This document shows positions 1 through 9,477 of a stretch of 64,000 nucleotides of DNA, piece after piece (position 1 is the stretch's first letter; every line of letters begins with the position of its first letter). A model generated the notes under the pieces. It had not been told where the DNA came from, did no database searches, and saw nothing but the letters and a program-made list of their open reading frames with translations. Both the position numbers and the translations under genes were made by a program. The stretch is from Spirochaetaceae bacterium (lineage in GTDB: Bacteria; Spirochaetota; Spirochaetia; DSM-2461), in the NCBI GenBank assembly GCA_965224705.1, contig OZ245056.1, positions 224,001 to 288,000 on the forward strand. Direction: 5' to 3'.

Positions 1-241
1 CGTGTTGTTCGTGTGGTTCGTTGTTTATAAAAAAAGACAGGAAGCAGATTGAAAGGACCGTTCTGGTTCTGGGACTTTTGGGCTAGGAGGATTTTTTACC
101 GCGAAAGGCACGGAAATTTGGTGGTTTCCTTTCCAGGGTTCCTGATTAACCCGCCCCACCAGGGCAATCGTATCTCATTCTGTTCCCGATAAAATAAGAA
201 TAATGGTTCTGGGGGATCGAAATGAGTTTTTTTGGGATGTT

Positions 242-413
242 TCTCACGGAGGCACGGAGGTGATGGCCCGAATGTCGAGGGGCTTTCGCAGGGGGCCTTG
301 GGGAAGTTTGGAGAGGGGTGTTTCTCTCGGAGGTGGGGAAATATATAGAGATATCCCTGTTATGTGTAAGGGAAGTATTGAATAATCTCCGTGAACTCCG
401 TGCCTCCGTGAGA
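242..413. repeat. Inverted repeat family C, the only two-armed copy
   Basis: tctcacggaggcacggag (242-259) and its perfect reverse complement ctccgtgcctccgtgaga (396-413); single left arms recur at ~1560, 3049, 4572, 6099, 7245, 8408. Confidence 0.9.
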
Positions 414-475
414 GGTTTTCGGTGGTGGAGGAGTTGCCAATGCAGGGGGCGTTTGCTGGGGGAGATTTGTTTCTG

Positions 476-664
476 TTAGAGCTTTTGGATCTCTTCTTCG
501 CTTAGGCCGGTGGCCTTGATGATGATGTCAAAAGAAACTCCGGCGGCTTTTAAGCGCCTGGCTGTTTGGGTTATGCCTGCTTTTTTGCCTTCTTTTATTC
601 CGTCATCCCAGGCCTTTTCCAGTTGAGGCCTCATCAGTTCTGTTACATCGGCAACAGGTACCAT
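476..664 (-). CDS. Putative internally initiated small C-terminal protein (RpnS-like antitoxin), 62 aa; equivalents at 1624-1836, 3097-3297, 6190-6378, 7301-7537, 8472-8672
   Basis: In-frame AAGGAG(GA) Shine-Dalgarno 6 nt before ATG (GKENNM/GKEDNM) in all six copies; product MVPVADVTELMRPQLEKAW...GLSEEEIQKL. Confidence 0.7.
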   Translation of the reverse strand: MVPVADVTELMRPQLEKAWDDGIKEGKKAGITQTARRLKAAGVSFDIIIKATGLSEEEIQKL

Positions 665-1229
665 ATTGTTCTCCTTGCCTTCGAAAATTGATAATCTCAT
701 TATAACGCCCTTAAGTAGCTTGTCAATAATCTGCTTGGGGAGACCGGACTCCTTGATTTCGATCTGGTCGGATAAGCGGTCGATATTCCGGCAGAATTCG
801 GATAGAAACACGCCGTCAGGCCCCGATAATTGGATGATTTCAATGTTGATGATGTGAATTTTGTACATTCCATAGTTGCCGATGAAGTGGCCGGGACATG
901 TCTCGATGAAATACTCTTTGTGTTCCCGGATGAATTTCCTCGGGGTTCTGGAGCAGATGAGTGTGATGGTTGTGTTGCTGTAGTTGGCTTTGGGGTTTTC
1001 TCTTAGGTAGAGGTTTGTGTATATGGAGAGGTCGTAAATGTCCTCTGTTCTTACGGCATCGCCGTATGATTTGTAGCTGACCAGGTTGAACGGAGCGAAG
1101 TAGTTGAAGATGTCGAATTCTACGCTGGCGGTGTTTTGTTTGATAAGGAGGACATCCAGCCTCTTGGGGCTTTTGAGCATTTCATGTTCCGTTTCAACCA
1201 GATATCCGCAAGAGCCAAAAAACTCCCTT
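476..1229 (-). pseudogene. Rpn-like PD-(D/E)XK protein copy 1, 5'-truncated (lacks first 23 codons); C-terminal small ORF 476-664 intact
   Basis: Homology to full copies ends at cctt 1226-1229, with an in-frame TAA immediately upstream on the minus strand. Confidence 0.8.
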
Positions 1230-1316
1230 TAACCCTCTGCGCTCTCTGCGTCCTCTGCGGTTAAAAAACCATGAGGGGGATATAAACCGCAGAGATCGCA
1301 GAGATACGCAGAGAAA
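1230..1316. repeat. Inverted repeat family A (ctctgcg units / cgcagag units); 7 copies at ~1230, 2745, 4215, 5768, 6944, 8103, 9565
   Basis: Left arm ctctgcgctctctgcgtcctctgcggtt, right arm aaccgcagagatcgcagagatacgcagag, ~22-nt loop. Confidence 0.9.
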
Positions 1317-1623
1317 TATGGGATAGAAAGATTGGTGAGTAATTACCTTCATTTGATGAAATAGAGTTACGGTATAAGGAATAATTGATGAAATCCTTTT
1401 GTGATTCTTGTGTGGTTTGTGGTTCATAAAAAAGGTTGGAAGCAGATTGAGAGGATTCTTTACCACGAAAGGCACGAAAATTTGGTGGTTTCCTTTTCAG
1501 GGTCCCGATAAGATGAGAATAATGGTTCCGGGGGATCGAAATGAGTTTTTTTGGGTGTTTCTCACGGAGGCACGGAGGGCACGGAGGTGGGGAACTCGAA
1601 ATGCAGGGGGAGATTTGTTTCTG

Positions 1624-2469
1624 TTAGAGCTTCTGGATCTTTTCTTCGCTCAGGCCGGTGGCCTTGATGATGATGTCAAGGGAGACTCCGGCGGCTTTTA
1701 AGCGCCTGGCTGTTTGGGTTTTTTCCTCATTTTTGCCTTCTTTTTTGCCCTCTTTTTTACCTTCTTTTATTCCGTCATCCCAGGCCTTCTCCAGTTGAGG
1801 CCTCATCAGTTCCGTTACATCGGCAACAGGTACCATATTGTCCTCCTTGCCCTCAAAGATAGATAGTCTCATTATAATGCCCTTAAGCAGTTTGTCAATA
1901 ATCTGTTTAGGGAAACCGGACTCCTTGATTTCGGTCTGGTCGGATAAGCGGTCAATATTCCGACAGAATTCGGATAGAAATATGCCGTCAGGTCCCGATA
2001 GCCGGATGGCTTCAATGTTGATAATGTGTATTTTGTACATCCCATAGTTGCCGATGAAGTGGCCGGGACATGTCTCGATGAAATACTCTTTGTGTTCCCG
2101 GATGAATTTCCTCGGGGTTCTGGAGCAGATGAGTGTGATGGTTGTGTTGCTGTAGTTAGCTCTGGGGTTTTCTCTCAGGTAGAGGTTTGTGTATATGGAG
2201 AGGTCGTAAATGTCCTGTGTTCTTACGGCATCGCCGTATGATTTGTAGCTGAGCAGATTGTACGGCGCAAAATAGTTGAAGATGTCGAATTCTACGCTGG
2301 CGGTGTTTTGTTTGATAAGGAGGACATCCAGCCTCTTGGGACTTTTAAGCATTTCATGTTCCGTTTCAACCAGATATCCGCAAGAGCCGAAAAACTCCCT
2401 TGCCTGTCTCTTGAAGAAGGTGTCCAGGGAGATTTGAGCTTTTGGTACTGATTTGGGCAGGGGCATCAT
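1624..2469 (-). CDS. Rpn-like PD-(D/E)XK nuclease-fold protein copy 2, full length (281 aa)
   Basis: LDTFFK, RLDVLLIK and NLLSYKS motifs; typical Rpn/TIGR01784-like tail EGKKEG...TARRLKAAGVSLDIIIKATGLSEE. Confidence 0.8.
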   Translation of the reverse strand: MMPLPKSVPKAQISLDTFFKRQAREFFGSCGYLVETEHEMLKSPKRLDVLLIKQNTASVEFDIFNYFAPYNLLSYKSYGDAVRTQDIYDLSIYTNLYLRENPRANYSNTTITLICSRTPRKFIREHKEYFIETCPGHFIGNYGMYKIHIINIEAIRLSGPDGIFLSEFCRNIDRLSDQTEIKESGFPKQIIDKLLKGIIMRLSIFEGKEDNMVPVADVTELMRPQLEKAWDDGIKEGKKEGKKEGKNEEKTQTARRLKAAGVSLDIIIKATGLSEEKIQKL

Positions 2470-2473
2470 ATTT

Positions 2474-2482
2474 AGAGTAGCA
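2474..2482 (-). promoter_or_regulatory. Putative extended -10 (TGcTACTCT) just before the start codon of full-length copies; also 3936-3944 and 9310-9318
   Basis: TGn-TACTCT lies 4-7 nt upstream of ATG and there is no Shine-Dalgarno, suggesting a leaderless mRNA. Confidence 0.5.
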
Positions 2483-3096
2483 TGATTTTTGAGAAGTGTT
2501 TAGGGCTGTGCATAGGGACACTGTGCAAGGAGTAATTTATGAAATCCTTTCGTGTGGTTCGTGGTTCACAAAAAGAGGCAGGAAGCAGATTGAAGGGACC
2601 TTCTGGTTCTGGGACTTTTGGGTTAGGAGGATTCTTTACCGCGAGAAACACGAAATTTTGGCGGTTTCCTTTTCAGGGGTACTGATTAAACCTCACCTTA
2701 AAAGTCAAACATGGCATGAATAAAGTTTGATGAGTAATTACCTTTAACCCTCTGCGCTCTCTGCGTCCTCTGCGGTTAAAAAATCATGAATGGGGATATA
2801 AACCGCAGAGATCGCAGAGATACGCAGAGAAATATAGTATAAAAAATTTGGTGAATAATTACCTTCATTTGATGAAATAGGGTTACTGTATAAGGAATAA
2901 TTGATGAAATCTGTTCGTGCCTTTTGTGTGGTTCGTGGTTTCTAAAAAGAGGCAGTAAGCAGATTGAGAGGATTCTTTACCACGAAAGGCACGAGAATTT
3001 GGTGGTTTCTTTGATTCCGGGGGATCGAAATGAGTTTTTTGGGGTGTTTCTCACGGAGGCACGGAGGTGAGGCTGTCGGATGCAGAGGATTTTTTG

Positions 3097-3930
3097 TTAG
3101 AGCTTTTGGATCTCTTCTTTGCTTAGGCCGGTGGCCTTGATGATGATATCAAGGGAAACTCCGGCGGCCTTGAAGCGCCTGGCTGTTTGCGCTATGCCTT
3201 CCTTTTTGCCTTCCTTTTTGCCTTCTTCTATGCCGTCATCCCAAGCTTTTTCCAGTTGAGGCCTCATCAGTTCCGTTACATCGGCAACAGGTACCATATT
3301 GTTCTCCTTGCCCTCGAAAATTGATAATCTCATTATAATGCCCTTAAGCAGTTTGTCAATAATCTGTTTGGGGAAACCGGACTCCTTGATTTCGGTCTGG
3401 TCGGATAAGCGGTCGATATTCCGGCAGAATTCGGATAGAAACACTCCGTCAGGTCCCGATAATCGGATAGTTTCAATGTTGATGATGTGAATTTTGTACA
3501 TCCCATAGTTGCCGATGAAGTGGCCAGGACATGTCTCGATGAAATACTCTTTGTGTTCCCGAATAAATTTCCTCGGGGTTCTGGAGCAGATGAGTGTGAT
3601 GGTTGTGTTGCCGTAGTTGGCTCTGGGGTTTTCTCTAAGGTACAGGTTGGTATAGATGGAGAGGTCGTAAATGTCCTGTGTTCTTACGGCATCGCCGTAT
3701 GATTTGTAGCTGACCAGATTGTATGGAGCGAAATAGTTGAAGATGTCGAATTCTACGCTGGCGGTGTTTTGTTTGGTAAGGAGGACATCCAGTCTCTTGG
3801 GGCTTTTGAGCATTTCATGTTCCGTTTCAACCAGGTATCCGCAAGAGCTAAAAAACTCCCTTGCCTGTCTCTTGAAGAAGGTGTCCAGGGAGATTTGGAC
3901 TTTTGGTACTGATTTGGGCAGGGGTATCAT
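3097..3930 (-). CDS. Rpn-like PD-(D/E)XK protein copy 3, full length (277 aa)
   Basis: Near-identical to copy 2. Confidence 0.8.
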   Translation of the reverse strand: MIPLPKSVPKVQISLDTFFKRQAREFFSSCGYLVETEHEMLKSPKRLDVLLTKQNTASVEFDIFNYFAPYNLVSYKSYGDAVRTQDIYDLSIYTNLYLRENPRANYGNTTITLICSRTPRKFIREHKEYFIETCPGHFIGNYGMYKIHIINIETIRLSGPDGVFLSEFCRNIDRLSDQTEIKESGFPKQIIDKLLKGIIMRLSIFEGKENNMVPVADVTELMRPQLEKAWDDGIEEGKKEGKKEGIAQTARRFKAAGVSLDIIIKATGLSKEEIQKL

Positions 3931-4752
3931 GTATTAGAGTAGCATGTTTTTTGGGAAGTGTTTAGGGCTGTGCAAGGGTCACTGTATAAGGAATAACTGA
4001 TGAAATCCTTTCGTGCTTTTCGTGTGGTTCGTGGTTTATAAAAAGATGCAGGAAGTAAATTGAAGGGAGCGTTCTGGTTCTGGGGCTTTTGGGTCAGGAG
4101 GATTCTTTACCGCGAGAAACACGAAAATTTGGCGGTTTCCTTTTCAGGGTTCCTGATTAAAACTCTCCTTAAAAGTCCAGAATGGCATGAATAAAGTTTG
4201 ATGAGTAATTACCTTTAACCCTCTGCGCTCTCTGCGTCCTCTGCGGTTAAAAAACCATGAATGAGGATATAAACCGCAGAGATACGCAGAGAAATATGGG
4301 ATAAAAATTGGTGAATAATTACCTTCATCTGATGAAATAGGGTTACTGTATAAGGAATAATTGATGAAATCTGTTCGTGCCTTTTGTGTGGTTCGTGGTT
4401 TATAAAAAGAGGCAGGAATCAGATTGACGGGACCGTTCTGGTTCTGGGACTTTTGGGTTAGGAAGATTTTTTTACCGCGAAAGACACGAAAATTTGGTGG
4501 TTTCCTTTTCAGGGTCCCGATAAGATGAGAATAATGGTTCCGGGGGATCGAAATGAGTTTTTTTGGTTTTTCCCACGGAGGGCACGAAGGTGGGGCTGTC
4601 GAATGCAGGGAGGCTGGGAAAGTGTTTTTGGAGGGATTTTTGAGGTTTTTCACGCCGGAAGGCACAGACATTCTTGATGAGATTTCCTTGTGGACACGGA
4701 AAGGAAATGCCTGTAGAATATAAAAATCCCTTAGAATCAGGAGATATTCCCC

Positions 4753-5022
4753 ATGCCTTCAATCTCAATGTTTTACGGACTTATCGTTTACATGTATTTC
4801 AAGGACAATAAACAGCACAAGCTTCCACATATCCATGTCAAATATCAAAATGACGAAGTCATCGTGCAAATACCGGAAGGAACAGTGCTTGAGGGGAAAA
4901 TCCCGACTTCCAGAATGAAACTGCTTCAGGCATGGATTGAATTACACAAAGAGGAATTGATCGCTGACTGGGCTCTTGCGGTTTCAGGTGAACAGCCATA
5001 CAAAATAGAACCATTGAGGTGA
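4753..5022 (+). CDS. DUF4160 family protein (DhiT-like toxin)
   Basis: MPSISMFYGLIVYMYFKDNKQHKLPHIH...AWIELHKEELIADW...IEPLR is typical DUF4160; AGGAG RBS. Confidence 0.9.
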   Translation: MPSISMFYGLIVYMYFKDNKQHKLPHIHVKYQNDEVIVQIPEGTVLEGKIPTSRMKLLQAWIELHKEELIADWALAVSGEQPYKIEPLR

Positions 5023-5029
5023 TACGGCG

Positions 5030-5272
5030 ATGAACCCCAGAGTAAAACATGTGGAAACAATTCCCGGCTATAAGTTGAAGCTGCACTTCAGCAATGGTGA
5101 AAAAGGAATTTATGACTGCTCCCCTCTGCTTGATTTTGGCGTGTTCAGGGAGCTTAAAGATGTCAGCTATTTCCAGTGGGCCAGTGCGAAAGACGGCACG
5201 GTTGTCTGGCCGCATGAGCAGGATATCTGTCCCGACACATTGTATCTGGATTCAGTGAAAATAGAGGTGTGA
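5030..5272 (+). CDS. DUF2442 family protein (DhiA-like antitoxin)
   Basis: YKLKLHFSNGE...GVFRELKD...GTVVWPHEQDICPDTLY; directly downstream of DUF4160. Confidence 0.9.
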   Translation: MNPRVKHVETIPGYKLKLHFSNGEKGIYDCSPLLDFGVFRELKDVSYFQWASAKDGTVVWPHEQDICPDTLYLDSVKIEV

Positions 5273-5278
5273 GTTGTT

Positions 5279-5320
5279 TTTTGCGCGGATATTGTCATTG
5301 AAAACAAGGTGATTTTTGAA
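5279..5320 (+). pseudogene. Fragment of a GxxExxY (PD-(D/E)XK-like) gene
   Basis: Translates FCADIVIENKVIFE, matching the family motif (F/Y)xADxxVExKVIxELK; cut by the MITE. Confidence 0.55.
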
Positions 5321-5488
5321 GGCGCCTCTAAAAAACACCCATTCCGTTTCTGACTTGATCTTTACCACTGCTGCTGCGTTGCTAAAATGCTCAAGCGCAG
5401 CTTAAGCTGCGCTTGAGCTTTTGTCGCCTTGTATCAGTGAAAAATCTCTGCGCCAGATTCCGAAAGCGGGTTTTTTTAGAGGCACCTT
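5319..5488. mobile_element. MITE (~170 bp) with terminal inverted repeats and a central perfect palindrome
   Basis: aaggcgcctctaaaaaac ... gtttttttagaggcacctt; 30-bp palindrome gctcaagcgcagcttaagctgcgcttgagc at 5389-5418. Confidence 0.8.
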
Positions 5489-6189
5489 TATAGCTACCGG
5501 AAAAACAAGTGAAATACGGCGAATGCGGCAGAGCTTGAGGTTGGCTGTGAAGCCAATCTATTCAGCAGGCTATGGACGAAATCAACAACGGGGGATACAG
5601 GCCGGGAAAATCGTTGGCTTTTATTGTGGAAAGACCGATAAAGCGGGAAATTTTCGCCGCCGATTTTTGTGGCCTCAGTGTGTATCATCTCATCATCGCT
5701 AAAATTTACAAGTTGGTTTGATTATTAGTTTCGACACGTTAAAAGTCAAACATGGAATAATTACCTTGAATCCTCTGCGCTCTCTGCGTCCTCTGCGGTT
5801 AAAAAACCATGAATGGGGATATAAACCGCAGAGATCGCGGAGATACGCAGAGAAATATGGGATAAAAAGATTGGTGAATAATTACTTTCATCTGATGAAA
5901 TAGGGTTACTGTATAAGGAGTAATTGATGAAATCCTTTCGTGCTTTTCGTGTGGTTCGCGGTTCATAAAAAGAGGTAGGAAGCAGATTGAGAGGATTCTT
6001 TACCACGAAAGGCACGAAAATTTGGTGGTTTTCTTTTCAGGGTTCCCGGTAAAATGAGAGTAATGGTTCTGGGAGATCGAAATGATTTTTTTGGTGTTTC
6101 TCACGGAGGCACGGAGGGCACGGAGGTGGGGAACTCAAAATACAGGGAGGCTTGCGGAGTTATGGGAGCTTGGGGGAGATTTGTTTCTG

Positions 6190-6943
6190 TTAGAGCTTCT
6201 GGATCTTTTCTTCGCTCAGGCCGGTGGCCTTAATGATGATGTCAAGGGAGACTCCGGCGGCTTTTAAGCGCCTGGCTGTTTGGGTTATGCCTGCTTTTTT
6301 GCCTTCTTTTATTCCGTCATCCCAGGCCTTTTCCAGTTGAGGCCTCATCAGTTCCGTTACATCGGCAACAGGTACCATATTGTCCTCCTTGCCCTCAAAG
6401 ATTGATAATCTCATTATAATGCCCTTAAGCAGTTTGTCAATAATCTGCTTTGGGAAACCGGACTCCTTGATTTCAGCCTGCTCGGATAAGCGGTCGATAT
6501 CCCGGCAGAATTCGGATAGAAACACGCCGTCAGGTCCCGATAATCGGATGGCTTCAATGTTGATGATGTGTATTTTGTACATCCCATAGTTGCCGATGAA
6601 ATGGCCGGGACATGTCTCGATGAAATACTCTTTGTGTTCCCGGATGAATTTCCGCGGGGTTCTGGAGCATATGAGTGTGATGGTTGTGTTGCTGTAGTTA
6701 GCTCTGGGGTTTTCTCTCAGGTAGAGGTTTGTGTATATGGAGAGGTCGTAAATGTCCTGTGTTCTTACGGCATCGCCGTATGATTTGTAGCTGACCAAAT
6801 TGTACGGAGTGAAGTAGTTGAAGATGTCGAATTCTACGCTGGCGGTGTTTTGTTTGATAAGGAGGACATCCAGTTTTTTCGGGTTTTTAAGCATTTCATG
6901 TTCCGTTTCAACCAGATATCCGCAGGAGCCGAAGAACTCCCTT
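6190..6943 (-). pseudogene. Rpn-like copy 4, 5'-truncated; small C-terminal ORF intact
   Basis: Same junction as copy 1 (cctt 6940-6943). Confidence 0.8.
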
Positions 6944-7300
6944 TAACCCTCTGCGCTCTCTGCGTCCTCTGCGGTTAAAAAACCATGAGGGGGATATAAA
7001 CCGCAGAGATCGCAGAGATACGCAGAGAAATATGGGGTAAAAGATTGGTGAATAATTACCTTCATCTGATGAAATAGGGTTACTGTATAAGGAATAATTG
7101 ATGAAATCCTTTCGTGCCTTTTGTGTGGTTCGTGGTTTCTAAAAAGAGGCAGTAAGCAGATTGAGAGGATTATTTACCACGAAAGACACGAAAATTTGGT
7201 GGTTTCCTTGATTCCGAGGGATCGAAATGAGTTTTTTTGGGTGTTTCTCACGGAGGCACGGAGGTAGGGAACTCGAAATGCAGGGGGGGATTTGTTTCTG

Positions 7301-8102
7301 TTAGAGCTTCTGGATCTTTTCTTCGCTCAGGCCGGTGGCCTTGATGATGATGTCAAGGGAGACTCCGGCGGCTTTTAAGCGCCTGGCTGTTTGGGTTATG
7401 GCTTTTCTTTCGCCTTCTTTCTTGCCCTCTTTTTTGCCTTCTTTCTTGCCCTCTTTCCTGCCCTCTTCTATTCCATCACCCCAGGCTTTTTCCAGTTGAG
7501 GCCTCATCAGTTCCGTTACATCGGCAACAGGTACCATATTGTCCTCCTTGCCCTCAAAGATTGATAATCTCATTATAATGCCCTTAAGCAGTTTGTCAAT
7601 AATCTGTTTGGGGAAACCGGACTCCTTGATTTCAGCCTGGCCGGATAAGCGGTCAATATTCCGACAGAATTCGGATAGAAATATGCCGTCAGGCCCCGAT
7701 AATTGGATGGTTTCAATGTTGATGATGTGAATTTTGTACATTCCATAGTCGCCGATGAAGTGCCCAGGGCATGTCTCGATGAAATACTCTTTGTGTTCCC
7801 GGATGAATTTCCGCGGGGTTCTGGAGCAGATGAGTGTGATGGTTGTGTTGCCGTAGTTGGCTCTGGAGTTTTCTCTCAGGTAGAGGTTTGTGTATATGGA
7901 GAGGTCGTAAATGTCCTGTGTTCTTACGGCATCGCCGTATGATTTGTAGCTGACCAGATTGTACGGCGCAAAATAGTTGAAGATGTCGAATTCTACGCTG
8001 GCGGTGTTTTGTTTGATAAGGAGGACATCCAGCCTCTTGGGACTTTTAAGCATTTCATGTTCCGTTTCAACCAGATATCCGCAAGAGCCGAAAAACTCCC
8101 TT
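7301..8102 (-). pseudogene. Rpn-like copy 5, 5'-truncated; small C-terminal ORF intact with the longest repeat tract
   Basis: Same junction (cctt 8099-8102). Confidence 0.8.
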
Positions 8103-8471
8103 TAACCCTCTGCGCTCTCTGCGTCCTCTGCGGTTAAAAAATCATGAATGGGGATATAAACCGCAGAGATCGCAGAGATACGCAGAGAAATATAGTATAA
8201 AAAATTTGGTGAATAATTACCTTCATTTGATGAAATAGGGTTACTGTATAAGGAATAATTGATGAAATCTGTTCGTGCCTTTTGTGTGGTTCGTGGTTTC
8301 TAAAAAGAGGCAGTAAGCAGATTGAGAGGATTATTTACCGCGAAAGGTGCGAAAATTTGGTGGTTTCCTTGATTCCGAGGGATCGAAATGAGTTTTTTTG
8401 GGGTGTTTCTCACGGAGGCACGGAGGGCACGGAGGTGGGGAACTCGAAATGCAGGGGGAGATTTGTTTCTG

Positions 8472-9305
8472 TTAGAGCTTCTGGATCTTTTCTTCGCTCA
8501 GGCCGGTGGCCTTGATGATGATGTCAAGGGAGACTCCGGCGGCTTTTAAGCGCCTGGCTGTTTGGGTTATGCCTTCTTTTTTGCCTTCTTTTTTGCCCTT
8601 TTTTATTCCGTCATCCCAGGCCTTCTCCAGTTGAGGCCTCATCAGTTCCGTTACATCGGCAACAGGTACCATATTGTTCTCCTTGCCCTCGAAAATTGAT
8701 AATCTCATTATAACGCCCTTAATCAGTTTGTCAATAATCTGCTTTGGGAAACCGGACTCCTTGATTTCGGTCTGGTCGGATAAGCGGTCGATATTCCGGC
8801 AGAATTCGGATAGAAACACGCCGTCAGGTCCCGATAATCGGATGGCTTCAATGTTGATGATGTGTATTTTGTACATCCCATAGTTGCCGATGAAGTGGCC
8901 GGGACATGTCTCGATGAAATACTCTTTGTGTTCCCGGATGAATTTCCGCGGGGTTCTGGAGCAGATGAGTGTGATGGTTGTGTTGCTGTAGTTAGCTCTG
9001 GGGTTTTCTCTCAGGTAGAGGTTTGTGTATATGGAGAGGTCGTAAATGTCCTGTGTTCTTACGGCATCGCCGTATGATTTGTAGCTGAGCAGATTGTACG
9101 GCGCAAAATAGTTGAAGATGTCGAATTCTACGCTGGCGGTGTTTTGTTTGATAAGGAGGACATCCAGCCTCTTGGGACTTTTAAGCATTTCATGTTCCGT
9201 TTCAACCAGGTATCCGCAAGAGCCGAAAAACTCCCTTGCCTGTCTCTTGAAGAAGGTATCCAGGGAGATTTGAGCTTTTGGTACTGATTTGGGCAGGGGC
9301 ATCAT
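8472..9305 (-). CDS. Rpn-like PD-(D/E)XK protein copy 6, full length (277 aa)
   Basis: Near-identical to copy 2. Confidence 0.8.
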   Translation of the reverse strand: MMPLPKSVPKAQISLDTFFKRQAREFFGSCGYLVETEHEMLKSPKRLDVLLIKQNTASVEFDIFNYFAPYNLLSYKSYGDAVRTQDIYDLSIYTNLYLRENPRANYSNTTITLICSRTPRKFIREHKEYFIETCPGHFIGNYGMYKIHIINIEAIRLSGPDGVFLSEFCRNIDRLSDQTEIKESGFPKQIIDKLIKGVIMRLSIFEGKENNMVPVADVTELMRPQLEKAWDDGIKKGKKEGKKEGITQTARRLKAAGVSLDIIIKATGLSEEKIQKL

Positions 9306-9382
9306 ATTTAGAGTAGCATGATTTTTGGGAAGTGTTTAGGGCTGTGCATAGGATCACTTTGCAAGGAGTAATTGATGAAATC

Positions 9383-9477
9383 CTTTCGTGCTTTTCGTGT
9401 GGTTCGTGGTTCATAAAAAGAGGCAGGAAGCAGATTGAGAGGATTCTTTACCACGAAAGGCACGAAAGACACGAAAA
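9383..9477. repeat. Inverted repeat family B (ttcgtg units / cacgaa units); about 10 copies at ~1, 1395, 2548, 2910, 4007, 4370, 5934, 7109, 8269, 9383
   Basis: ctttcgtgcttttcgtgtggttcgtggtt ... taccacgaaaggcacgaaagacacgaaaa; short-loop and long-loop variants. Confidence 0.85.

Noticed and set aside
476..9305. Diversity-generating retroelement
   Set aside because: No reverse transcriptase or Avd in the window; differences are spread along the genes, not adenine-specific, and include repeat-number changes
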